Shown: piece after piece, positions 1-11,587 of the stretch | How positions within the stretch are numbered: position 1 is the stretch's first letter | Layout: the number at the start of each line of letters is the position of its first letter | DNA from: Octopus sinensis | Taxonomy: Eukaryota | Direction of reading: 5' to 3' | Length of the DNA stretch: 64,000 nucleotides | Assembly (NCBI RefSeq): GCF_006345805.1 | Contig: NC_042998.1 | Location: 111,352,001 to 111,416,000, forward strand | Notes under the pieces: model-generated | What the model saw: the letters and a program-made list of their open reading frames with translations, nothing else | Database searches by the model: none | Told to the model about the DNA's origin: nothing | Made by a program: the position numbers and the translations under genes

Positions 1-80
1 ATGTATGCATGTTAATATTGCCAATTTATGTTTGTATGTACGTTTGTATGTATTTAGGTATGTAGGTAGATAGGAGGGAA

Positions 81-1050
81 GGCAGCGAGCTGGCAGAAAC
101 GTTAGCACGCCGGGCGAAAAGCTTAGCAGTATTTTGTCTGCCGCTACGTTCTGAGTTCAAATTCCGCCAAGGTCGACTTTGCCTTTCATCCTTTCGGGGT
201 CGATTAAATAAGTACCAGTTACGCACTGGGTTTGATATAATCGACTTAATCCATTTGTCTATCCTTGTTTGTCCCTTCTGTGTTTAGCCACTTATGGGTA
301 GTAAAGAAATAGATATTTCGTCTGCCGCTACGTTCTCAGTTCAAATTCCGCCGAGGTCGACTTTGCCTTTCATCCTTTCGGGGTTGATAAATAAGGTACC
401 AGTTACGCACTGGAGTCGGTGTAATCGACTTAATCTATTTGTCTGTCCTTGTTTGTCCCCTCTGTGTTTAACCCCTTGTGGGTAATAAAGAAATAGGTAT
501 TTCGTCTGCCGTTACGTTCTAAGTTCAAATTCTGCCGTGGTCGACTTTGCCTTTCATCCTTTCGGGGTCGATTAAATAAGTACCAGTTACGCACTGGGTT
601 TGATATAATCGACTTAATCCATTTGTCTGTTCTTGTTTGTCCCCTCTATGTTTAACCCCTTGTGGGTAATAAAGAAATAGGTATTTCGTCTGCCGTTACG
701 TTCTAAGTTCAAATTCCGCCGATGTCGACTTTGCCTTTCATCCTTTCGGGGTTGATAAATAAGGTACCAGTTACGCACTGGAGTCGGTGTAATCGACTTA
801 ATCCATTTGTCTGTCCTTGTTTGTCCCCTCTATGTTTAACCCCTTGTGGGTAATAAAGAAATAGGTATTTCGTCTGCCGTTACGTTCTAAGTTCAAACTC
901 TGCCGAGGTCGACTTTGCCTTTCATCCTTTCGGGGTCGATTAAATAAGTACAAGCTATGCACTGGAGTCGGTGTAATCGACTTAATCCCTTTGCCTGTCT
1001 TTGTTTGTCCCCTCTATGTTTAGCCTCTTGTGAGCAATAAAAAAAATAGG
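81..1050 (+). mobile_element. tRNA-derived SINE (family 1): head followed by 5 tandem 184-bp body+tail-B units
   Basis: Head GGCAGCGAGCTGGCAGAAACGTTAGC (A-box-like) at 81 and B-box-like GAGTTCAAATTCC in each unit. Units start at 130, 314, 498, 682 and 866 (184-bp period). Confidence 0.9.
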
Positions 1051-1225
1051 TAGGTAGGTAGGTAGGTTGGTAGGTAGGAAGGTAGGTAGGTTGGTATGTA
1101 GGTAGGTAGGTTTGTAGGTAGGTAGGTAGGTAGGTTTGTAGGTAGGTAGGTAGGTATGTAGGTAGGTAGGTAGGTAGGTAGGTAGGTAGGTAGGTAGGTA
1201 GGTAGGTAGGTTGGTAGGTAGGTAA
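1047..1225. repeat. (TAGG)n microsatellite directly following the SINE array
   Basis: Direct reading of the sequence. Confidence 0.95.
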
Positions 1226-1605
1226 GTGTATATTATATGTGAAGGCGCGCGCGTCTTACGGATTATTGTTTTCAGTTCATGATCATAATATCACCGCTCA
1301 ATTTCTGGACTGGGTAAAGTTGTGGCTTTGAGCAAAACTACATTCATTGTTCCAGGCTACTCAGCTGTAATGCAGCTAAGTGCTAATGCAACTGGATACT
1401 AATGCAGTTCGTTGGTACTCATTAAAATTGTCGTGTCCTCCCCTCCTCCTGGTTATTCTGCTTGGTCAGTGGTAGTATAACTGAGAGGAAGACTTTCCAC
1501 GACACTGCAGACGTCTAAAACTATTGGAAAAAACACGCTACGTGTTTTCTAGCAATGTTCGCTCACGAATGACGCCTGTACTATACTGATACACATGCAT
1601 AATCA

Positions 1606-1649
<44 letters not shown>

Positions 1650-2789
1650 GTATTACTACTACTGCTACTGCTGCTGCTGCTGCTGGATGAATGTCAACCT
1701 ACTGCTGGTAGTATCTTTCTAACTACAAGCGGGATTAACAACTCACGTAGTACACGTCTCCATCGTCAGTAGCAACAGCAACACCAACACGAGGAATCTT
1801 TTTATAAAAATAACTGATATTGTTACCGGTAAATAAATGAAGGGATGATTTCAAGACACCAAATTCGAACAAGTGATATTAACCACTATAATGGAAGCTG
1901 AAGAGAAGGGATATTATTTAAAAGCCCCTGATTTAGATAAGAATTGTTGTAAATAGTCTACATCAGAAGAAAACATATTTCCAAATATTATAAATCACGT
2001 GAACAGTTTCACTTTGCTCGAGGAATAGTCAATATAGAATCAAAGAATTAGACAAATATATTCATTCTTTGCATTAAAGTAAGACGGTAAAATTTTGAAT
2101 ACAATTGGAGGAACGTCAAGGTAGTCATTAAGCCGCTCTGCCAGAGAAAGATAGGATACCTTTAATATTTATTTCTAAAGTGACAAATACTTGACTACTT
2201 CATTTGGAGTAGCCCTCAGTTTAAAGCATTTGTAACTGTAAACATTGCTATCGTATCTTCGTGAAGAAAGATCAAAGGTAATTTTTGAAATAAATGGAAC
2301 AAATCAAATAACAATCTCTCAGACATGAACAGAACAATTCCATTTCGAATTATTGTCAAAAGCGGCAGACAAATGTAATGTGATTCTTACAGATCAATGT
2401 TTGGATTCCAGTGAAGCAGATTTAATAAATAAGACAATTTCGTTACGCAATCAATTTTGACGAATATCTCTCATGTAAGAGCTGTAGTTACACAGGAAAG
2501 TACGGCAGTTTATATTCGTTTATTTACTTTAGAATGTTTTGGTTGAATTAGTTTAACAAAGATTCTTGTTAGGATAAAATACTGATTCATTATAGTAACA
2601 ACTGAAGTAGGTAACAGAGTCGAACGCCATTCCACTCAATATCTCACTAGGAAGATATGTATATAAATATGTGTGTGTGCGTGTATGCGTGGATGTATAT
2701 ATTCATGCATATACGTATGTATGTATGGATGCATACATACATGCATGTATTTATGCATGCATGATCATATATATATTGTCTGTGTATGT

Positions 2790-3070
2790 TTTAATATTTC
2801 GCTTAGGCATTGCAATACTAATAATCTGGTGTAGAACTCAATATGCGTATGCTTCTGAATAAAATGTTAGTCGAGTACAGAACGATAATTGGAAAAAAGG
2901 CGACAATGTAATAAATGATTATCTTATGCACTTCATTAGCTTGCAGCTGTTTCCTCTATACGATGTGGTGGATTTATAGTTGAGCGCCTGAGAACGCCTT
3001 ACAGATTCATCAGAGCCTTAAACAGGCAGTGCGATTTATTTGGGAAAACAAATACATTTAAGCATACAGA
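2790..3070 (+). mobile_element. Interspersed repeat, possibly a Penelope-like terminal-repeat remnant; related pieces at 18887-19238, 20700-20810 (inverted) and 49255-49440
   Basis: Shared blocks CTTAGGCATTGC..CTGGTGTAGAACTCAATA, CTTCATTAGCTT(A/G)CAGCTGTTTC and GCGATTTATTTGGGAAAAC. The Penelope assignment is inference from the GAAACAGCTGTA motif. Confidence 0.55.
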
Positions 3071-5573
3071 CTGTGAAGCGTTGCCAATGAGAAAATATAA
3101 ATTCCACAACTAGAAAAAGATTAATTTTAAGATTTGTATAATGATGGAGTTGGCCAGATGTAGAGAAAAAGTGAGTAGATCTATCAGTAAGAATATATGT
3201 ATACACATACATACATACATACATACATACATACATACATACATACATACATACATACATACATACATACATAGAAAAACAGTAATAATATAGAAAACAG
3301 AGAGAACTCAATACAGTTATAAAGTGAATATATGCGTGTTAAACACTTTATGTATTCATGCTACCATTACTGTACAGTTTCACCATTGTACAGATAGTTA
3401 TCAAAATTCCTGTTGAAATCTTGGCAATACAGATTATGCCGAAAAATTCTATATCATAACTCAAGTGCCAAACACCAGCCAAATCTCCCTCAAATTATAC
3501 ACTGCGGATTAAATAAAGGCCTTGTCAGATAATGTAATGCAATTTACTCGTAAAAAATCCTGAAATATCTTTGATCAATGGTCTATCCATTAACATATCG
3601 GCTACCATGATGTTTTGATTGTAATATGTTTGTTAAGGGTTATTGTTGGTGTATGAGGCAAAATCGGAGTTACGTTTCGTTCTTTTCCCATCTCAGTTCA
3701 AACTCGGCAGTAACCAATTTTAGCTATCATTTTTGAGAGCGCTTACAGAAGGAATACCAAACACCTCTTGTGTTATATTTAATCAACTATTGCCACCAAG
3801 AAAGTATATGTGATTTTTTCCTAGATAATAAATTTACATGGGATTTTGTAAAATTCTAAAGATAGCATATGTGATAGCAAACGCACTGAGAAATATAAAT
3901 TGTGTCAAAGAAATACTCTTCTAATATTAATTTTATTTTTGTCAGTGGAGCACAAAATGTTAGAGGAGTGGCATGTGAATTGCAGCTAGCCTTTCTCGAA
4001 ATGGCTAACGGCTTATATCAAAAAATGGTTCATGGACTCCATTCACTTGGAAATTGGTTTTTGCTGCCACCGTTTGCAATAATGTATATCAATATCGCTT
4101 GCTAGGTGACTGCGTTACCGATTAGAGGACAAGGTCTGTTAGATCAGAGTTGACCTGGGGCTACACAGCCAGCCACATGCATGGCAATTTAAACATGCTT
4201 CAGCAAAGAAAGCAGCATCAAACATGTCAAAATGTTAAACATTATACAGAATTTCAACTGAATAGAAGTATTTAATCATAATGCAAAAACCGGATGAAAT
4301 AGCCTAATAGCTCTTTGTAAGAGAATACACAGCTGAACAGATAGTGAAGTTGACGAGATAGTTTGAATAATATTAAAATCAAGTGAATTATTAAATAAGA
4401 GCTGAATAATTTCGCGTCCAGAACAAATAAGACAGCACACAGGATATCATCACTTGATTAACTACAATAGACTACAACTGATAATATTTCCAAAATATAA
4501 ATTTAAAGATGTATTTTGCATTATTAAAATATAAAATGCAATGTATCTGTTAATCAACTTAAAATAATTCTATATTCCTTGATGAAGGAACTTCTACCCT
4601 TCTTATATTACGTCATACCTATAACTACACTGATAAAATATTCTTTGTTCTATGTATTTGAAATCACTTTCTATGTCATAAATCATATCAATGTCACTGA
4701 ACATAGCACTACTAGAATCGTTTAAAGAAATGTCCATCGAAAATTTACGAGGCTTTAAATATTTTAGCCAGATTCTCTTAAATAACTTCTCACAAACAAT
4801 TTTTTTCCTTTCAACTAATCTCTCAGCATCAATGATTGAAGAGTAGCATACTGTGACAGTTCCACTAAATATTAGTTGTTACCATCACTTCAAATATACC
4901 AGATAAAAGAGAACAAAGTAAAAAGAATAGACGGCCTTTTATAAAATAGTTGGAACTAGTTATTATAGTTGTTTAAATGCTTCAGATTCCAAACGGTAAC
5001 CTTGATCTTATTCAATTCTCTCTTCCAATCTACAGCTAGTACACTTTCCGACCATTTGGTACGGTATCCTGGGAGTTTTAAAGGTGTCATTATTGTAATT
5101 TTTAATTTGGTGGGCTTTCTTTTGAAAAGCGATGAGAATTGATTATCAAAAGTAGGATCCAATTTAACAGTTTATTACTGTAGAGGTTTCAATAATCAGT
5201 AATTGATTTCTGCTTGAGATATTGACTAAATATTATGATTGTAAATATCACGAGACATTCCCGATAACTTGCCGTGTAATATAAAATTATATAGATTGTT
5301 GACATTACTTTGGAACATTTCATGTACTATTGCAAACGAAAGATTCTGACGTTGAAGATCTACGATGAAGCAGGATGTTTCTGCCACTAATCATGCAAAA
5401 TGAATGAAAATTGATTTGTTGAAGAACAGCGTTGAAATAGCATTGATCTTTGTCCAATAGAAAAGTATTAGTCATACTTTATACATGCAACTAGACATTC
5501 ATATCACGGCCTCGTTCCCAGAGGTAGATATTGTTCGTAAAATTTACACATGCATATACTATATTAGATAGGC

Positions 5574-5689
<116 letters not shown>

Positions 5690-6504
5690 GAGAACGTATG
5701 CAGGCATAAGTACAATATATATGGATATTTGTATGTATGCATGTTATTAGAAATCAAACTCAATGTAGCTGATGTTACAAGGTCTTGACGTATAATAAAA
5801 AAATTGCAAAATTTGGCTTCCTAATCCACTCCTTGTATTTTTACAGTTTATTCACAAGCGAGTTTATTCACATGCCCAATTTTGTTTTCAGGTTGTTGCT
5901 GATGTTGACGCTTGTAGTGATGGGTGGAAGGATAATTGTAGTAGTGGTGAATGCTGGAATAGTGATATTAGTGGTAGTAATAATGTGTATTATATTGTGA
6001 GACATGCATTTGGAGATTGTTTCTGTGTGTTAATCCATGCTTCACTCAGAGATGAGATAAAGAGAGTATGCTTGCTTCTATTAGAATTCATCGGAAAATT
6101 AGAGTAGATTTAACTGTTTGACAATTCAAACAAAAATTCAAATTATTCTAGATAACCAAATTAAATCCAAGTAATAAGTTACATTAATTGACAAATACCA
6201 AGTAATATCTAAATTACTTTCTATAAAAAGAAATATGTAAAGTGAGACTGCATTGTGTTTTAGTTAATACGGTGTTGAACAGAGATTAGAAACTCCGGTA
6301 CGTTTTGGTTATCTCATCACCATTGAAAAAATTGGGTTTTCTCACCCCGTTTTATGAAAAATATCAGTACTTTTCGTTATTTCCCTACCCATCCCACCCA
6401 ATTAAAAAAAATTGTTTAACCCCCAATAAAACGAAAAAAAAAACTGAAAAGATTAAACATCTTATTATATCTAATAACATTTTTATAACAAATCATACCA
6501 GAAT

Positions 6505-6695
6505 CAAAGCTGGACCTCTTCCTGTCGAGAGTCCCAGATGAGCCTACCTCACGGCAAGAGGTGCAAATGAGGGTAGCTATATCAAACTCCATTCTTCATC
6601 AAGTGCCACATATTAGAGGAGGCTCTTAGTTATAACAGTGTAGCGCAAAACGGCGGTGCATCAGCATGGCCGCAACTCTGAGCTTACACTTTAAA
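6505..6695 (+). mobile_element. CR1-type LINE 3' end fragment
   Basis: Translates to KLDLFLSRVPDEP, a typical CR1-group ORF2 C-terminus. Its 3' UTR is similar to 10880-11000. Confidence 0.7.
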
Positions 6696-8114
6696 AAAAT
6701 GCCTATTGAGGTCAAAAGTCAACAATACGTTGAAGTATCGAATCAAAAGGATGTAACCCTTTTAATGCAACCTTTTCTCATCACATAAGCTCAATGTTTT
6801 AGTGAGGAGATAGCCCAATTTTTTAATGGCGATCTTTTAAAGGGGGTGAGATAAACAAAAAGCACCGACACTCCGTTGTGACGTTTGTTTCATATTTTTC
6901 GCAGATGATTATAATTTCAAATCAAACGGAACTACGATTGCTTCTTCTGGTCAGCATAAGCTTCAGCACTGAGACACTCACTCATAGAACTAAAAGGGAA
7001 GCTTTATGTTGTCGTTTGACTTGCTACAAACAACAGTTAAATCGTTTTATTGCTTTCGTATTTTATCATACTGTCTTGTTAAAAAGAATAAAGTACTGTA
7101 AGATATTCAAAAATATGGGATGGTCCATGCTTGGACACCTTTAAACAGCTGCCAGCACCTATATACACATACACATACATACATACATACATACATACAT
7201 ACATACATACATACATACACACACACATACATACATACACGCTGGAGCGAGCGCACATGCACGCACAGGGTTGACCTTGTATCTGCATCTGGAAAGTCAT
7301 TATCCGGAGTACACAACTCGACAAGACGTGTGTGCCTGTGCGCGCGTGCGTGTGTGTGCGCACTTGCACCTGTGTATGTATTGTGGCCATGAGCTTTCAA
7401 GACCTAATGGATTTAGAGAGGTGTCTTCGCCAATTTTTACCGGAGGGCCTCCAGGCTGTGTTTGTGCGTTGTATGCAATTGTTCATATTACAAGAGTTCC
7501 AATGATAAAACTCCAGCTTCCAGCAGACGAAATAATCATCCGATTGAGTGTTATCGCTATCTGTTTCTTCTGTCACGCTAGTTTTTTCTTGTTTTATTTT
7601 TTTTGTGTGTGTGTTGTAGAAAACAATTAGATGCCATGGAAAATCAGAGTGAGAGAATATAACTCAGAATATTTTGGTATCATTTTAAATACTTTTGTTC
7701 ATTCATTCATTCATTCATTCGTACATGGTGGTTGTCTATTCCTTTGGTGAGCAGGACCGTCGCTGACAGGTATGTGTCATCAATGCGCGTGCAAGGGTTT
7801 TAAATTGAGTGTAACTTGCACAACACCACATCACACCACAACGACTTTCACTAGCATTACTGAGAAACCGAGAGACGTGCAAGATATCCGGCTCAGTAGG
7901 GCAGCTGGTTTTATATACGAGCCAGCCTTCTCCTAAAGAGGTTCCTTAACAAAAATTACGGAGTCTTCATTCCCAAGAGCCTTACTGCGTCCTCGGACAC
8001 CAACGCAAGTATTTCTACGTCCTGACTTCCATATGCAAGTTAACCCCATTGCCGGGACTCTAATAAGTGCCACTATGCTGGACAGTGCAGACGGAAAACT
8101 ATTTTCTTATATAT

Positions 8115-8148
<34 letters not shown>

Positions 8149-8163
8149 ATATATATATATATA

Positions 8164-8248
8164 GAAAACAGTTTTCCGTCTGCTGCGGGACTCGAGCCCA
8201 CAATGTTGCAATCATGAGTCTAGCAGCCTTACCACTAGGCCAGGTGCC
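8164..8248 (-). mobile_element. Short tRNA-derived SINE-like element ending in (TA)n
   Basis: Minus strand GGCACCTGGCCTAGTGGTAAGG (A box) ... GGGCTCGAGTCCC (B-box-like), then CAGACGGAAAACTGTTTTC into (TA)n. Does not fold as an intact tRNA. Confidence 0.65.
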
Positions 8249-9540
8249 TTCACTTTCATCAAACTACAATCGATTAAACCTACATAAAGGTAACATCGTG
8301 ATATTGAATTGGGTGATAGATTATGTTTGCCGCCCTGTTATGTGAACAGTCTCTCACTACTGAATTTCACCTGAACTATATTAGAAGACACTTGCCTAAA
8401 GTGCCGTAAGGTACAGTCTAAACGAAAACCACGTACTTGCCAAACAACCTTCTTAAGTAGACAGCCATCTTTGTACATGCTGTATTAATATGTTGCTCTT
8501 TGCCTTACACAAGTTTTGTGGTGATGTTGCTTTCGACGGTGGGTAACATTTTTCGAATGCACACGGACTCCATTGTGATATCTTCTTTGAATGAGATTAA
8601 AAATTTTCGTTTTTAACGGAGAAAAGTTTAATTTGTTTAATCAGTTCAAACGATCTAAATCGAGCATGCGTTTTGTTATTATATTGATTTATCTCTACTA
8701 CAGAGCTTCAATTCCCACTCTGTCTTTTAGTAAGCAGTCGGCTCCAGCAATAGTCTAAACATAAGATTGAAGAAAGAGTACCGCTGCACACGCACAGCAT
8801 GAAAGAAAATTGTAAGTTTGGTGCTAATATACTTGCATAGTAGGCTAAGAAATTTGGACTAATAAAAATTTCCCTGTTTTTTTGTTTTGATTTTTTTTTT
8901 GGTCTTTTGAGGAAGAAAGAATCGTTAACTCAATGGTTAATTCTCATCTAGAAATACAAGGGAAGCAAAACTATTTAATTAATTAGACTTAATTATAAAT
9001 AAAATGTGACCAATTCAGTAAGGAGTGATTGAAAGCAAGAACAATTATACGTTTCAGTATTATCAGAATTCTTAAATGAAACGGTGTCTTTACTAGTAGA
9101 AAAATGATATATTTGGACAAAAGTAAAGTACAAAATATTCGTATTACAGTAACTTCACCAGTACATTCTAACTATTCACTCTTTAGAATATATTATTTGC
9201 AATATCGGTTTTAATTATTTATTTTCATTTTTTTTCGGTGGGTAGGAATGGAAGTCCAGTTTTTATATTGATCCATGATAATTCACGGATATTTAAGGTT
9301 ATCTGATAGTATTTTCAATGACATTTCATTAATCATTTGAATGAAGTTGTTTCTGTTTTTGTTTAATTCCAGATCAGTACTGATCTAACAAGCTTCTGAT
9401 TAACATTATTCTAGCAATGACCATCTCATTACTTTTTCATAATCATTATATCTAGCTTAACATTATTCATCAAGTCCTGTCTCTTTAAAAAAATACACAA
9501 GTCGTTGGCAAACTGAACAAACCTCTTTATTTTCATTATC

Positions 9541-9762
9541 GAGTAGAATTGCTAGCGAGTCCGACTAACTACTTAGCTGAATGTCTTGCGTCTCTTTACA
9601 TTCCCATTTCAAATTCCACTGACGCCGATTTTAATTTTCATCCTTTCATGGTAGATAAAATAACTACCAGTCAAGCACTGGGGTCGATGTCACCTTCCCT
9701 CAATGCTCACCTCCCCTCAATGCTTCAAGCCTTATGCCTATAGTAAAAGAGATTATTATTAC
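9541..9762 (+). mobile_element. SINE family 1, old degraded monomer with tail A
   Basis: TTTCAAATTCCACTGACGCCG..TTTCATCCTTTC..GCACTGGGGTCGATG..GCCTTATGCCTATAGTAAAAGAGATTATT. Confidence 0.75.
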
Positions 9763-9770
9763 CATCATTT

Positions 9771-9831
<61 letters not shown>

Positions 9832-10699
9832 TAGTAGTAGTAGTGTACCTTGGATTGCATTCTAGAATCTGGCCATTTTAAAAATATGTGATTTCCGTGA
9901 GAGTAAAGTAGTACAAAGCAATGTTATTTATCTTAATCAGATGGTAAATAGTGTATACCAAGAGAATCCTAGTAGACATATTTCAGAGAGGAGATGTTGC
10001 TAAATCAGAATGGCCTCCATCTTTTCAAACTGAAAAAAATGTGCTGTGGATGAATTCCTGTGTATTTATTTACAAACACGTGTTTTCTGATACTGAACAT
10101 CTAAGTTTATAATGTAGTGCATGTCTCTTATGTGTCTCAGCATTGACAGTTTCAGCTGCCATCTCAGAAACAATTCTACTTCCTCTTTAGTGCTTCCAGA
10201 GCTACCATTCAAAGGGTTTTGGAACCATTACATAGGGCGTAACATCTGCTTCTTCTCAAGAGTTGAAAACATTAATCTCGAAAGAGACCACTAGCCAAAA
10301 CAAGTGTACAATATTGATAAAACTAGCCTTTGACGCAGCTGCAAACCTACTAGGACTTCTTTGTCACATTAAGAAAAGTCACCATCTGCTTTAACGCTTC
10401 AAGGATTACGCTATGTGAATTAGCGTTTACTTCCTGTAGCTCTCATTGCACCATCACCGCCTACCACTGTCGTTTACACAATCTGCGGTGAGTACATACA
10501 CTACAATGACACTATTATATACTTATTCATTCCCTAGTGCCTTTCCCTCCAGATATTTTTATGTATACATTCAGTATATGTATAAAAGTTGATATTATCA
10601 TGCATAAATATAGTTATATTACTTGTTGGAAATATATAAACGTTTCTCTATATATATATATATGTGCGCGCGCATGTGTGTACATAACTCTGACATTGA

Positions 10700-11000
10700 A
10701 AGTTCCACAAACTGCAGAACGGGGTGCCATTGCATAGTACCGTAAATCCAAAATTTGCCATCAGGATACAGGAACAGATATTGCAACAGCTTGAGTTTCA
10801 AGAGCTTACATCTTTTCAATATCTTCCCAAAGAGCCTCAGACCTACACAGGATAGATGTAGTCATCTTCAAAATATAACTGCATCTCGTCCTTCATTCTC
10901 CAAATGCCACATATCAGAGGCGGTTTTATGTAGTGTAGCAAAGCTGACGGAGGGGCCCCAGCATGGCCGCAGCTCTCGTGCTTACACTAGTAAAGAAAAA
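10700..11000 (+). mobile_element. CR1-type LINE 3' fragment (ORF2 C-terminus plus 3' UTR)
   Basis: Translates to RTGCHCIVP*IQNLPSGYRNRYCNSLSFKSLHLFNIFPKSLR, matching the NSxSxxGPxLFNxLPxxLR pattern of CR1-group C-termini. Confidence 0.7.
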
Positions 11001-11522
11001 CAAAGAAAAGAAAATATTGCAATTGGTGCACCTCTCTTTTTGTACTTTAACACCTGAAATAAGCTACAGTAAATAAATATAAAGCAAAGAAATTTAGTAT
11101 ACATCCTCATATCACTGAATAAACTAAACACCAAATTTTTCATAAGGCTGTTCAAACATTTTGTGAAATATTATGTAGAGGAAAGTATCTCACGACAATG
11201 TAAAGACTACTAACTACAGAAATAAGCTATCTACTGTAATAACTTCTTGAAAATGTCTGCCACCACTCAAACGCCTGGACAGATTTGAATGAAAGTGACA
11301 CTCGAAAAAGATAATCAAAATCTATAATTCCAGAAAAAGAAACTACATAATAATATAAATACAATACAAATTTCTCTCAATATTTGTTTGCCTTTATACA
11401 TACCTGTTCAATCTATTCTTATTTGCAGACAAAACAATATGTGCAAGGTAAGCATATATTTCTATACGGCACAAGAAATCTCACAATGGAAGATGGAAGT
11501 AGTAGTAGTAGTAGTAGTAGTG

Positions 11523-11587
<65 letters not shown>

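Noticed and set aside
130-1050. CRISPR-like array
   Set aside because: These are head-to-tail SINE-derived units with no unique spacers, in eukaryotic context.
1840-2480. Decayed coding sequence
   Set aside because: Stop density is close to what is expected for AT-rich DNA and no motif was recognised.
8183-8248. Functional tRNA gene
   Set aside because: A and B boxes are present, but the cloverleaf stems do not pair; it is treated as a SINE head.
8704-8815. Possible 5' exon (CAG acceptor, ATG near a GTAAGT donor)
   Set aside because: Splice-like signals are common by chance, all frames contain stops, and no downstream exon could be linked.
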